Part shown: piece after piece, positions 44,932 through 55,317 of the stretch
Numbering within the stretch: position 1 is the stretch's first letter
How the letters are laid out: each line of letters starts with the position of its first letter
Source: Thermoproteota archaeon
GTDB lineage: Archaea > Korarchaeota > Korarchaeia > Korarchaeales > Korarchaeaceae
Assembly (NCBI GenBank): GCA_027492205.1
Contig: JAOZFN010000007.1
Coordinates: 155,278 to 219,277, forward strand
DNA: 64,000 bases
Direction: 5' to 3'
Position numbers and translations under genes: made by a program
The notes under the pieces: model-generated
Database searches by the model: none
What the model was told of the DNA's origin: nothing
What the model saw: only the letters and a program-made list of their open reading frames with translations

Positions 44932-47484
44932 ATGGTTCGCCTTGTGGCGTCGGGGAATTCGCTCGGAGAGGCGTCTCAATTGGTGCCCGCCGCGGGTAGA
45001 GTGGGCTACCTTCTCTCGGTCTACTACGAGGGTTCTGAGAGGAAAGCTGTCGCCAAGTTGTACGACCCAGAGAGCGGGGAAATCTTTCACGTCCCGGACT
45101 GGACGGGCCACAGGCCCTACCTCCTCACCGACGCAAGGCCGGAAGAGGTAGAGGAGCTTGCCGGTAGGTTGGCCGCCAGGATCGCGGGCTACGCTCCCTC
45201 AGAGAAGTGGGACGTGGTCAGGCTCAGGAAGGCCAGGCTGACCAGGGTGGAGACGAAGGACCCGCTCGCGGTCGGAGGAGATAGGGGCGGCGGGCTCAGG
45301 GAACTCCTTGGAAGGGCGGGTCACCAGGTGTGGGAGGCTCGGATAAAGTACTATGAGAGCTACATATACGACGTCGGGCTGATCCCCGGCCTCCCCTACA
45401 GGGTGAGCGAGGACGGGAGGCTTGAGCCGCTGATCCCGGACGACGTCAAACTTCCACGCCTCGCCCACACGCTCTCGGACGAGGCGAGCCGGCGCCTCAT
45501 GGAAGATATCGCCAGGATACTTGAGGTCAGGGCTCCAAAGATGCGGAGCGTGGCCTTAGACATAGAGGTGGCCGCCGCCGAGAATCAAATCCCCTCCGTC
45601 AAGGAGGTGAGGCATCCGGTCATAGCCGCGGCCCTGGCCGGGGACGACGAGAACGAGGTCCACCTGCTAAGGAGGGGCGCGCCTGAGGTACCGGGGGAGA
45701 TCGACGGTGCCAGGGTGGTGGTGCACGAGAGTGAGGCCGAGCTGATTAGGACCGTTTTGGACAAGATCTCTAGGTACCCGGTCGTGTTCACCTTCAATGG
45801 CGACGGGTTCGACATGCCCTACCTCGCCAAGAGGGCGCAGGAGCTGGGGGTGAATCCGAGGCCAATAAGGCTCGAGCGAGACCGGGCTCTCCTCGACACC
45901 GGCGTCCATATAGACCTCTACCAGCTATACAGCAACAGGTCGGTGCAGGTCTACATCTTTGGGGGCAAGTACCTGGGGACGACCCTGGACGAGATAGCCC
46001 AGGCGATAGTTGGCGTAGGGAAGCTGGAGGTCGGCAGGGACTTCACATCCATCGAGACCGCAAGGCTGGCCAGCTACTGTTACAGAGACGCTAAGATCAC
46101 CCACATGCTGGGAAACGTCCTGGACGGAAGGCTCATCGACCTTCTCATGCTGTTCGCCCGTCTGAGCAAGCTCCCGCTGGAGGACGTGGCGAGGCTGGGT
46201 ATCTCCCAGTGGATCAAGAACATGGTCTACTTCGAGTACAGGAGGAGAGACTGGCTGATTCCCAACAAGGAGGAGATAATCCTCGTCAGGGGGGCAGAGA
46301 CCTACAGCAGGGCGCTGATCAAGGGAAAGAAGTACATGGGGGCGATAGTGCTTGAGCCGGTCCCGGGCGTGCACTTCGACGTTCACGTCATGGACTTCGC
46401 GAGCCTGTACCCCAGCATAATTGCCCGGTGGGGGGTGAGCTTTGAGACCGTGAACTGCCCGCACACGGAGTGCCGTTCTAACAGGCCTGTTGAAGGGCTC
46501 CCACACTGGATATGCACCCACGATGAGGTCGGCCTCATCCCCAAGCTAATCGGGGTCCTCAGGGACCTCAGGGTGGGGTGGTACAAGAGGCTGGCTAGGG
46601 ACAGGAGCCTGCCGGAGGAGCAGAGGCGCTGGTATGACGTGATCCAAAGTGGGCTCAAGGTTCTCCTCAACGCATCTTACGGGGTCTTCGGATATGAGAA
46701 CTTCCCACTGTACTCCCCTCCGGCGGCCGAGATGATAACGGCCCTTGCGAGGAAGGCCATGACGACCGCGCTGAGGATTGCTCGAGAACTCGGGTTGAAC
46801 GTGGTGTACGGCGACACGGACTCATTGTTCATCAAGGGAGCCTCGGAGGGTGACCTGAGGGCACTGGAGAGGCGGGTTGAGGAGGATCTGGGGATCGACA
46901 TAGAGCTGGAGAAGCACTACAGATACGTGATCCTCTCGAGGCTCAAGAAGAACTACTTGGGCGTGAGAGACGACGGCACCGTTGACATCAAGGGCCTGCT
47001 TGGGAAGAAGCGTAACGTCCCGGACCTTGTCAGGCGGGCCTTCGCCGAGGTGATCGACATACTCAGGTCGGTTCATGACCCGGCCGACTTTGAAGGCGCC
47101 AGGAGGGAGATCAAGGAGAAGATCAGGGAGTACGTGAACCGACTCAGGAACAGGGAGTTCAGCCTCGAGGAGGTCTCGTTCAGGATGGTACTGACCAAGC
47201 CTCTAAAGTCCTACGTGAAGACGACCCCTCAACACGTAAAGGCGGCCAAGATGCTCGAGGCTAGAGGCACCCGGGTTTACCCAGGGACCGTGATTGAGTT
47301 CGTGAAAACAACGGGCCGCCAGGGCGTGAAGCCGGTTTCTCTGGCCAAGAAGGAGGAGGTGGACATCCAGAAGTACATGGAGATCATGAAGACCACTTTC
47401 GAGCAGATACTCGACGTGCTGGGCATAGACTTCGACGAGGTTGCCGGAGGCGTCTCTGAGGAGGGGCTGGCGGCCTACTTCTGA
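44932..47484 (+). CDS. polB1: Family B DNA polymerase, PolB1 type, proofreading intact
   Basis: YYEGSERKAVAKLYD, GHRPY, DIE, FNGDGFD, YCYRDA, DFASLYPSI, KVLLNASYG, YGDTDS, KKNY. Confidence 0.94.
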   Translation: MVRLVASGNSLGEASQLVPAAGRVGYLLSVYYEGSERKAVAKLYDPESGEIFHVPDWTGHRPYLLTDARPEEVEELAGRLAARIAGYAPSEKWDVVRLRKARLTRVETKDPLAVGGDRGGGLRELLGRAGHQVWEARIKYYESYIYDVGLIPGLPYRVSEDGRLEPLIPDDVKLPRLAHTLSDEASRRLMEDIARILEVRAPKMRSVALDIEVAAAENQIPSVKEVRHPVIAAALAGDDENEVHLLRRGAPEVPGEIDGARVVVHESEAELIRTVLDKISRYPVVFTFNGDGFDMPYLAKRAQELGVNPRPIRLERDRALLDTGVHIDLYQLYSNRSVQVYIFGGKYLGTTLDEIAQAIVGVGKLEVGRDFTSIETARLASYCYRDAKITHMLGNVLDGRLIDLLMLFARLSKLPLEDVARLGISQWIKNMVYFEYRRRDWLIPNKEEIILVRGAETYSRALIKGKKYMGAIVLEPVPGVHFDVHVMDFASLYPSIIARWGVSFETVNCPHTECRSNRPVEGLPHWICTHDEVGLIPKLIGVLRDLRVGWYKRLARDRSLPEEQRRWYDVIQSGLKVLLNASYGVFGYENFPLYSPPAAEMITALARKAMTTALRIARELGLNVVYGDTDSLFIKGASEGDLRALERRVEEDLGIDIELEKHYRYVILSRLKKNYLGVRDDGTVDIKGLLGKKRNVPDLVRRAFAEVIDILRSVHDPADFEGARREIKEKIREYVNRLRNREFSLEEVSFRMVLTKPLKSYVKTTPQHVKAAKMLEARGTRVYPGTVIEFVKTTGRQGVKPVSLAKKEEVDIQKYMEIMKTTFEQILDVLGIDFDEVAGGVSEEGLAAYF

Positions 47485-49403
47485 CCGCCCATCATCTCCT
47501 CCATGGCGGCCCTTAGCTTCCTGCTGACCACGGAACCGTCTACTCTGCCGCGGACGACAGACATCACCCTGCCCATGAGCCTGCCGAACGCCCGCATCCC
47601 GACCCTCTGTACTACCTCACGCTCCTCGTACAGCACCCTCCTGATTATCTCGTCAAGCTCCTCTTCGCTCATAGTGAGGCTCGCGGCCAGGTCAGAGGGG
47701 TCCAATTCGGGGTTCTCCGCGAGCTTCCTGAACACATTGGGGATGGCCTCCTTGGCTAGGCGACCCTCCGCCACCAGCCTGAGAGTGGTCTCCAGCGCCG
47801 AGTCGGGGATCCTGTGCACAGCAACCCCCTCCCCAGCCAGCCCTCGCAGCGTCGACGTGAGAGTAGATGCTATGAACCGGGGGGACAGGCCTGAGATCTC
47901 TGAGGCGACCCTCTCAAACTGCGCAATGCGCCCATCGTCCAGCAACATGTTGGCCAGGTCCTCGGTGAGGCCGTAGTGGGTCACGAGCCTTGAGATAACC
48001 CTGTCCGGCATCTCTGGGAGACCTCTGGCAAGTATCTTCCTCACTAGAGGGCCGGTCACCACAGGTAGCACGTCCGTTTCAGGGTACATCCTGGCGGAGC
48101 CCGGGAGAGGTCTCATGAATGCCGTGTTTCCGTCCGGTAGGGCTCTCCTGGTCTCCTCAGGTACTCCGAGCGCGGCCTGCATCACCCTCCTCCTGACCGC
48201 GTCCAGCGCCAGCTTGGCCTTTTCGCCGGAGGCGAGCACCAGCACGAACGCGTCGGACCTGTCAAGTCCGGCCTCCCTGTAGAGGTAGGACAGCTCTTGC
48301 TCCGTGATCCCGTACCCCGGCAGCTCGTCTGAGTGCAGGATTCCGGCGACGCCCCCGAAGACCTTGGCATAGTCCGAGAGTTCCGTACCGAACCTCCTGT
48401 TTGGCTGAACCTCCCTCCCGAGCAGGCCGCCCATTCCGGGCAGCTTGAGGAGCAGGGCCTTGGATCCCCTGGACAGGGACCGGCGCACTAGCTTAGACTT
48501 CGATCCACTCAGATGCTCGGTCACGTCCAGCGTCTCGGCCGATTCGAACGAGGAGGGGGACAGCCCCCTGGACCTCATCTCGTCGCGGATTCTGAGCAGG
48601 TTCACCTGCCTGAGGGCTTCTCTCCTGACGACCTCGCTTATCAGATCGAGCTCCTGAACCCCCTTGATCTCCTGCCTGGCGCCCCCCTCTATGCTGACGT
48701 TGAGATCCTGCCTTATGCTCCCAATCCCCCTCTGGACCCTGCCCGTGGCTCTCAGTATGCGGCCAAGCTTCAGCGCGGCCTCCTTCGCCTGGTCCGGGGA
48801 CCTGATGTCGGCCCCAGTGGCCAGCTCTATCAGGGGAATGCCGAGCCTGTCCAGCCTGTATCGGGCCCCCTGTGGCGTGGTCTCCACGATATAGGCAGAT
48901 TCCTCCTCCAAGCACAGGGTAGAGAGCCTGACCTCCCCCTCCGAAGTCTCGATCGCGCTCTTCTCCCCACCGAGGGCCACCAGGGCCGTGCGCTGGAACC
49001 CCGTGGTGTTGCTCCCGTCAACCACTATCTTCCTCATGACATGGACCTCGTCCACGACATCCATGTTCAGCATCAGGGCGACCTCTATGGAGACCTCTAG
49101 GGCCTCAAGGTTCAGGGGGAGGGGCGGCGCCTCATCGAGCTCGACCTCGCAGGTGCTGTCGGAGTAGGCGCCGTACTCAAACACCCTGGCCCTGAGCGTC
49201 TCAAACCTGGCAGCCGGATCTATGGACCCCAGCTCGCTGTAGGAGACGCGGAGCCTCCTCCTGACCCAAAGGTGAGGTTCGTCGTGCCTCATGAGGGGAG
49301 GGCAGTGACAGAACAGCTTCTCCCTCGTGGCCAGCCTCTGGTGAATCTCTATTCCGACCCTGAGCCCCAGCTCGCGGTAGTCGAGGTCAGCCACCTCGGG
49401 CAC
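47475..49403 (-). CDS. gatE: Glu-tRNA(Gln) amidotransferase subunit E
   Basis: GIEIHQRL, RKIVVDGSNTTGFQRT, LDRLGIPLIE, RQDLNVSI, RMYPETD. Confidence 0.97.
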   Translation of the reverse strand: MPEVADLDYRELGLRVGIEIHQRLATREKLFCHCPPLMRHDEPHLWVRRRLRVSYSELGSIDPAARFETLRARVFEYGAYSDSTCEVELDEAPPLPLNLEALEVSIEVALMLNMDVVDEVHVMRKIVVDGSNTTGFQRTALVALGGEKSAIETSEGEVRLSTLCLEEESAYIVETTPQGARYRLDRLGIPLIELATGADIRSPDQAKEAALKLGRILRATGRVQRGIGSIRQDLNVSIEGGARQEIKGVQELDLISEVVRREALRQVNLLRIRDEMRSRGLSPSSFESAETLDVTEHLSGSKSKLVRRSLSRGSKALLLKLPGMGGLLGREVQPNRRFGTELSDYAKVFGGVAGILHSDELPGYGITEQELSYLYREAGLDRSDAFVLVLASGEKAKLALDAVRRRVMQAALGVPEETRRALPDGNTAFMRPLPGSARMYPETDVLPVVTGPLVRKILARGLPEMPDRVISRLVTHYGLTEDLANMLLDDGRIAQFERVASEISGLSPRFIASTLTSTLRGLAGEGVAVHRIPDSALETTLRLVAEGRLAKEAIPNVFRKLAENPELDPSDLAASLTMSEEELDEIIRRVLYEEREVVQRVGMRAFGRLMGRVMSVVRGRVDGSVVSRKLRAAMEEMMGGQK

Positions 49404-50739
49404 CTCCCGAGAAGCAGGGCGGATAGGCCGAGGGGCTGATGGTCTCCGTCAGCTCGCCCACTTGGCTGGTTGTCATGAACCTCCTGAGGTCCTCGCCCTC
49501 CATGCCCCTGCCCAAGGCTACCATGAGCTTCACCGTGGCCACCTCAGGGAGCGTGTCGGCCGCCGGTATCACGCCGGCCTGGAGCATCCTCCTGCCCGTG
49601 GCGTAGACCTTCAGATCCACTCTCCCAAACAGGCACTGAGAGGTCACCACTACGGGGATTCCGGAGTCCACTATCTCCCCTATCTCGTCGACGATTCTAT
49701 TTGGGACGTGTCCAAGCCCAGTCCCGGCCATGACTATCCCCCTGTAGCCCGACGAGACTACAGCCTCCAAGAGGTCCCGTTCAATTCCTGGCCAGGAGTG
49801 GACCAGCGCGACGCGCGGCTCGATCTCGACCCTGGCCACCACCTCGGTAGGTTCGCTCGGCCTCCTCCTGAACCTGGGGTTCAGTATCTCTATACTCTTC
49901 TCGGTCACCCTTGCTAGGGGGGCCTCGTTCACCGACATGAAGGCGTCTCTCCTGGAGGTGTGCATCTTCCTCGCCCTGACTCCCCTGATCACCCAGGCGA
50001 AGTCGTCCGAGGTGCTGCCGTGCATGACTATCACGGACTCCGCCATTGGCCCCTCGGCCGCTACCCTGACGGCCGCGGTGACATTCAGGACCGCGTCCGT
50101 GCTAGGTCGATCTATAGACCTCTGCGAGCCGACTAGCACCACGGGTCCAGTCAGGCCCTCCAGCATGAAGGCCAGCGCGGACGCCGTGTAGTGCATTGTG
50201 TCTGTTCCGTGGGCCACCACGACCCCGCTCGCTCCGGAGTTAAACTCCTCAGCCACCTTCTTCGCTATCCTGCCCCACTCCTCTGGTCTGATGTCCTCGC
50301 TGAGCTTCGCCATCAGTGGGACGTAGGAGACGTTCGCCAGCTCGGCGATCTCCGGAATGAGGTCGATGAGTTCTTCGGGAGTCTCGGTGGGCTTAACCGC
50401 GCCTGTGGAGTAGTCGACTCTGGAGGCTATGGTGCCACCCGTCACCACGATAGGGACTGATGGGAGACCCTCTCTGGGGGACACTCTCGGGGGAGAGGGC
50501 CTCTCGGGCGGTCTCGCTCTGCCCAGCACCTCGACGGAGGAGATCTTCTCTACGTCAATTCCCACGTTGTACCCGTTGGACATCTTCAGGACGACGTGGA
50601 GGTCGTCCAGAATCTCGGGCCTGGGCATTAGGATGCCCTCATAGATCCTTCTTCCCGCGGTAACCCTCAGCAGGTCGTAGTCCTTGGCTCCGGCTGACTC
50701 CAACAGCTCTCTGGCTCTTCCGGAGTAAGAGAGGTTCAT
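49387..50739 (-). CDS. gatD: Glu-tRNA(Gln) amidotransferase subunit D
   Basis: NGYNVG, TGGTIASRVDY.TG, HGTDT, GSQRS.DRPS, RKMHTSRRDAF. The start may be 50739 or 50766. Confidence 0.96.
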   Translation of the reverse strand: MNLSYSGRARELLESAGAKDYDLLRVTAGRRIYEGILMPRPEILDDLHVVLKMSNGYNVGIDVEKISSVEVLGRARPPERPSPPRVSPREGLPSVPIVVTGGTIASRVDYSTGAVKPTETPEELIDLIPEIAELANVSYVPLMAKLSEDIRPEEWGRIAKKVAEEFNSGASGVVVAHGTDTMHYTASALAFMLEGLTGPVVLVGSQRSIDRPSTDAVLNVTAAVRVAAEGPMAESVIVMHGSTSDDFAWVIRGVRARKMHTSRRDAFMSVNEAPLARVTEKSIEILNPRFRRRPSEPTEVVARVEIEPRVALVHSWPGIERDLLEAVVSSGYRGIVMAGTGLGHVPNRIVDEIGEIVDSGIPVVVTSQCLFGRVDLKVYATGRRMLQAGVIPAADTLPEVATVKLMVALGRGMEGEDLRRFMTTSQVGELTETISPSAYPPCFSGGARGG

Positions 50740-50778
50740 CCCGTAGGGTCTCCCCTTGGTCAACAAAAACGGTGTCGG

Positions 50779-52017
50779 TCACCGATCGCTCCGCGACGCT
50801 CCACCTCGCCCAAGCTTCGCGTGACTGCGGGCGAGCGAACCCTCGGCCAGAGAAGCTAGCAGGGAGAGTTCTCCTGCGAGCGCCGTCGCGGCCACGATCT
50901 CCGCGAACTTCCGTGCGTTGGAGCCGGGGGGGTCCCCCCCTCCTGCGCAGCCCAGCGACTCAAGCGCGGCCCTCGCGTAGGGCAGCCTGGTGCCACCCCC
51001 CACGGTGCCGACCTCTAGAGATGGGAGGGTCAAGGACACGTACACGCCGTCCTCCCACCGCTCGACCGTGGTGATCCCCGTGCTCGACTCCACCACCTGA
51101 GCTGGATCCTGGCCATACGCGATGAACATGGCGGCCACGACATTCGCGACGTTGGCGTTGAAGCCGCCCAGGGTCCCTGCCACCGACGACCCGAGCTGGT
51201 TCTTCCTCCAGCTGACCTCTACGAGCCTCTCTGGCGTGGTCTTCAGCCTCTTGTGCAGGAGTTCCGATGGGATGAAGACCTCCGCCACGACGGTCTTTCC
51301 GCGGCCGGTGATCCAGTTCACGGCTGCCGCCTTCTTGTCGGAGCACACGTTCCCGCTGAGCGCCACTGGATCTATGTCCGGGAACAGCTCTGATATCCCC
51401 CTGACTATTCTGTCGGCCGACAGGGTGACCATGTTCATGCCCATGGCGTCCCCCGTCTCGAACACGAGCCTGAGGAAGACCGTCCGGCCGGCCTGGAGAG
51501 GCTGAACCTGCTTTAGCCTCCCGTGCCTAGTGACCTCCCTAACCCATTCGGCGAGTTGATCGCTGTTCTGAACTGCCCACTCCGCAAGTTCGGCCGCTCT
51601 GGTCGCGTTCGGTGCGACAAAGGCCGGAGCTCGGGCCATACCGTCTCGGAGCACCTTAGTCTTTGCTCCTCCAGCCATGGTTATCGTTGTGGCCCCCCTG
51701 TTCACTGATGCGACCAGCGCCCCCTCGGTTGTCGCCAGCAGCGGGTAGAACGTCCCCCTCGCGTAGTCCCCCTCGACTGTCAGCGGCCCTACGACGCCCA
51801 CCGGCACGCTGACCTCCCCGATCGGGTTCTCGATGTTCCAGCCGACGAGCTTGTTGAAGTCGAGCCTCGACCGGCGGAGCGGCCCAAGGTCGACCCCTGT
51901 GAGCCGCTCCAAGAAGGCCAGCCTCACATCCGCGGCTGCGTTAGAGTCGCCCAGCTCAGAGTCCAGGTTCCTTAGCCTTATCTCGCCCGAGAGCAGCCTC
52001 CTCAGTAGGTCTTCCAA
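50779..52017 (-). CDS. hmgA: HMG-CoA reductase (class I)
   Basis: NIENPIG, ATTEGALVASVNRG, TGDAMGMNM, SDKK, GTVGGGT, GELSLL. Confidence 0.96.
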   Translation of the reverse strand: MEDLLRRLLSGEIRLRNLDSELGDSNAAADVRLAFLERLTGVDLGPLRRSRLDFNKLVGWNIENPIGEVSVPVGVVGPLTVEGDYARGTFYPLLATTEGALVASVNRGATTITMAGGAKTKVLRDGMARAPAFVAPNATRAAELAEWAVQNSDQLAEWVREVTRHGRLKQVQPLQAGRTVFLRLVFETGDAMGMNMVTLSADRIVRGISELFPDIDPVALSGNVCSDKKAAAVNWITGRGKTVVAEVFIPSELLHKRLKTTPERLVEVSWRKNQLGSSVAGTLGGFNANVANVVAAMFIAYGQDPAQVVESSTGITTVERWEDGVYVSLTLPSLEVGTVGGGTRLPYARAALESLGCAGGGDPPGSNARKFAEIVAATALAGELSLLASLAEGSLARSHAKLGRGGASRSDR

Positions 52018-52023
52018 TCGACC

Positions 52024-52437
52024 TCACCGCTCGAGCACTGGCCTGAACTTCAGGCCGTAGGCCACTGGCCCCCCGTGGCCTCCGACCCTGACCTTCCTCA
52101 GCACCGCCTCGACCTCCATGCCCTGGGTGACCTCCTCGGGGTCGACGTCGGTTAGCTGTGAGAAGATCCTAGTTCCGTCCTCCAGCTCGATCAGCGCAAG
52201 TACGTAGGGCGTGTAGAACTCGTACCCCCGGGGGGCAGAGTGGACCACTGTGTGCTGGAGGACCCTCCCCCGCCTCGGCAGCCTAACCCTGCTCACGTTC
52301 CTTGACCCGCACCTCGGACAGACCTGCCTCGGCGGCAGGGAGCGGAACCCGCAGTCGTGGCACTCAAAGCCCTCGAGCCTGTAGCGGGAGGGCATCTCAC
52401 GCTTGATTGGCGGTATGCTCGGGTTGAACGCCCACAT
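52024..52437 (-). CDS. DUF35 Zn-ribbon/OB-fold scaffold protein
   Basis: CHDCG, CPRCG, YGLKFRP; adjacent to the thiolase. Confidence 0.92.
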   Translation of the reverse strand: MWAFNPSIPPIKREMPSRYRLEGFECHDCGFRSLPPRQVCPRCGSRNVSRVRLPRRGRVLQHTVVHSAPRGYEFYTPYVLALIELEDGTRIFSQLTDVDPEEVTQGMEVEAVLRKVRVGGHGGPVAYGLKFRPVLER

Positions 52438-52438
52438 C

Positions 52439-53596
52439 TCAGCTCACCCTCCTAAGGATCGTCACCACGACGTTGGACCCGGTGCCCCCGACGTTCATGG
52501 CGGCGCCCAGCTCCGGGCTCCCCGCCTGGGCCGGGCCCGCCCTGCCAGAAAGCTGCCTATAGAGCTCCACAAACTGGTACACCCCAGTGGCCCCAACGGG
52601 GTGCCCTCTGGCCTTGAGGCCCCCCTCTGGATTGACCGGAAGGCTCCCCGACCTATCGGCGTCGCCTGACTCTATGAGCCTGCTGGCCTTGCCCGGCTCC
52701 ACGACGCCCAGCGCCTCTAGGTTCAGGTAGCCCATCACGCTGAACGCGTCGTGCACCTCCAAGACCTGCAGATCTCTCGGGGTCACCCCGGCCATCTCCA
52801 TGGCCCTCTTCGCGGCCAACTTTGCTCCCTTGAGCTCTACAAGATCCTCCCGGGTGTACAGCGCCATGGTGTCGGTCGCGGATCCGAAGCCCACGAGAGC
52901 CACGGAGATCCCCTCTCCGTCCCTCCTCTCGCTGGCGGAGAGGACGGCGGCCGCGGACCCGTCTCCCATCGGGGCTGAGTCCAGTAGCTTGATTGGGTCT
53001 GCGATCTTCGGGGAGGAGAGGTAGGCTTCCATCGTTATCGGAAACCTCAGCTGGGCATATGGAACGTCCGACGCGTTCTTGTGCATCAGAATTGGCATCC
53101 ACCCAAAGTCCTCCTCCCTCAGTCCGTACCTCTGGGCGTAGGCCCTCATGATCAACGCGTTCAGGGACACGAAGGAGGCCCCCCAGAACATCTCGTAGTC
53201 GGCCTCCGAGGCCGTGGCTAGAGCAGAGGTCACATCCTCCGTGGCTGTCATGTCAGACATCTTCTCAACTCCGACCACGAGCACGCGATCGAAGAGGCCA
53301 GACTTGATCGCCATAGCCGCGCTGACCACCGCGGCGCCGCCGGAGGCGCATGCCGCCTCGACCTTGAACGCGGGGATCCCCGGCAGGCCGAGGTAGTCTG
53401 CCACGTACGCGCCCAGATTCTCCTGAGCATTCAGAATGCCCGACATCATGTTTCCGACAAACACCGCATCCACGCTATCGACGCCGGCTTCCTCCATGGC
53501 GGCCAGGCCGGCCTCGACCGCCAGGTCTCTAAGCCCCTTGTCCCAGAGGTTCCCTATCTTCGTGAGACCAGACCCGATCACGTAGACCTCCCGCAT
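52439..53596 (-). CDS. Acetoacetyl-CoA thiolase (archaeal)
   Basis: EAACASGG, GVEKM, EVHDAF, GHPVGATG, NVGG. Confidence 0.93.
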   Translation of the reverse strand: MREVYVIGSGLTKIGNLWDKGLRDLAVEAGLAAMEEAGVDSVDAVFVGNMMSGILNAQENLGAYVADYLGLPGIPAFKVEAACASGGAAVVSAAMAIKSGLFDRVLVVGVEKMSDMTATEDVTSALATASEADYEMFWGASFVSLNALIMRAYAQRYGLREEDFGWMPILMHKNASDVPYAQLRFPITMEAYLSSPKIADPIKLLDSAPMGDGSAAAVLSASERRDGEGISVALVGFGSATDTMALYTREDLVELKGAKLAAKRAMEMAGVTPRDLQVLEVHDAFSVMGYLNLEALGVVEPGKASRLIESGDADRSGSLPVNPEGGLKARGHPVGATGVYQFVELYRQLSGRAGPAQAGSPELGAAMNVGGTGSNVVVTILRRVS

Positions 53597-53610
53597 TATC
53601 CAGCACCCCC

Positions 53611-54687
53611 TCAGTAGGCCCCCACGTCGGGTGGCATCACATACATCCTCATGCTCCTGGCGTAGTAGGGGTAGTCCACGTAGACCACCCTCCTGAGGTA
53701 GACCTCCAGCTTCGGAGCGCGATTCCTGACCTCTACTATCCTGTCCCTCACCTCGATGTGGAAGGCGTCGCTGCCGGCTCCAGAACCGAAGGACACCACG
53801 AGGATCTTGGCGCCGGGCTCTGCAACGTCGAGGACCGCGGAGAGCCCAACCAGAGAGGAGCCGCTGTAGGTGTTCCCGATGATGGGGGTTACCAGGCCTG
53901 GCTCTATCTGCTCCCTAGTGAAGCCGAGCCTCTTGCCGACCCTTCTCGGGAACTTTCCGTTAGGCTGGTGGAACACGACGAAGTCGTAGTCCTGCGGGGT
54001 GGTCCCCATCTCCTCCATCAGGGCATTGGCCGCCGACGTGATGTGGTGGAAGTAGGCCGGCTCTCCGGTGAAGGCCCTGGCGTGGGACGGGTACTTCATG
54101 TGCGCCCTCCTCCAGAAGTCCGGGGTATCTGTGACGTATGAGTGTGAGGCGACGATCTCCGCGACGGACTCCTCTGCCGGCCCGAGCACGAACGCAGCCC
54201 CTCCTGCCGAGGCCGTGTACTCCAGGGGATCCCCTGGCGCCCCCTGAGAGGTGTCGGCCCCCACGGCAAGCCCGTACTTGATCATGCCAGACCCCACCAA
54301 TCCCGTTACCGCCTGGATGGCCTCCGTACCCGCCTTGCACGCGAACTCGAAGTCCGCTCCCGTCGTCGCCCCGCTCGCTCCTATGGCCTCCGCAAGTATG
54401 GTTGAGGTGGGCTTCACGGCGTAGGGTTTAGACTCGGTGCCGACGTAGACCGCTCCAAGCTCTGACGGGTCCATTCCCGCCCTGGCGATCGCGTTTTGAG
54501 CTGCCTCATACGCTATGGTGAGGGTGTCCTCGTCCAGGCCAGGGACGCTCTTCTCCGTGACCATCAGACCAGAGGCGTATCTCTTGTAGTCGCGACCCCA
54601 GGCCTGAGCCAGGTCCTCCTCCTTGATACGGTACCGGGGGACGTAGGCTCCCCAGCCCACGATGCCCACGGGCCTCTGAGGCTTCAA
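53611..54687 (-). CDS. HMG-CoA synthase (archaeal)
   Basis: [44 protein letters not shown]. Confidence 0.96.
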   Translation of the reverse strand: MKPQRPVGIVGWGAYVPRYRIKEEDLAQAWGRDYKRYASGLMVTEKSVPGLDEDTLTIAYEAAQNAIARAGMDPSELGAVYVGTESKPYAVKPTSTILAEAIGASGATTGADFEFACKAGTEAIQAVTGLVGSGMIKYGLAVGADTSQGAPGDPLEYTASAGGAAFVLGPAEESVAEIVASHSYVTDTPDFWRRAHMKYPSHARAFTGEPAYFHHITSAANALMEEMGTTPQDYDFVVFHQPNGKFPRRVGKRLGFTREQIEPGLVTPIIGNTYSGSSLVGLSAVLDVAEPGAKILVVSFGSGAGSDAFHIEVRDRIVEVRNRAPKLEVYLRRVVYVDYPYYARSMRMYVMPPDVGAY

Positions 54688-55313
54688 GTCGTTTCACCCC
54701 CTGAAATCTCGTTGTATCCCATCCAAAAGGCCCTCTCGTTCTCTTCGAGGGCGAACTTGGGGACTCGGGCCTTGACGGCCTCGATCAACTCATCTGGGCC
54801 GATCGGGATGACCCCCGTGGCCGAAAGGGCCCCCAGCATCACCACGTTGACCGTGCGTGGGTTGCCCGCCCTTATGGCCAAGGAGGCGGCGTCTATCACG
54901 TAGATCCTTTCGGGCTCCAGCCTGCTCTCCAAGACTTCGAGCAGGTCCTCCCTCCTAGGATACCTCACGTGCCCCGTGAAGTGCGCGAGCGGGTACATGA
55001 GAGCGTTGTTCACTACGAGTATTCCGTCGTCTGGCTTGAGCAGGCGCAGGTGCCTAGCCGCCTCCGATATCTCAAACCCAACGACTGCATTGGCCCGTCC
55101 CGGGGGGATCTTCGGGCTGTAGACCGCGCTCCCCATCCTCACGTGGCTGTAGACCGAGCCCTCCCTCTGGGCAAGGCCGTGAACGTTGGCTATCCTCACG
55201 TTGAGGCCAGCCTTCATTGCGGCTAGGCCGAGCGCGTCGGACGCCACGACGACTCCCTGCCCTCCCACCCCGGCGAGGACCACATTCACCTCGTCTACAT
55301 TGGCGGACGCCAT
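54684..55313 (-). CDS. iorB: Indolepyruvate:ferredoxin oxidoreductase beta subunit
   Basis: [34 protein letters not shown]. Confidence 0.92.
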   Translation of the reverse strand: MASANVDEVNVVLAGVGGQGVVVASDALGLAAMKAGLNVRIANVHGLAQREGSVYSHVRMGSAVYSPKIPPGRANAVVGFEISEAARHLRLLKPDDGILVVNNALMYPLAHFTGHVRYPRREDLLEVLESRLEPERIYVIDAASLAIRAGNPRTVNVVMLGALSATGVIPIGPDELIEAVKARVPKFALEENERAFWMGYNEISGGETT

Positions 55314-55317
55314 GGAC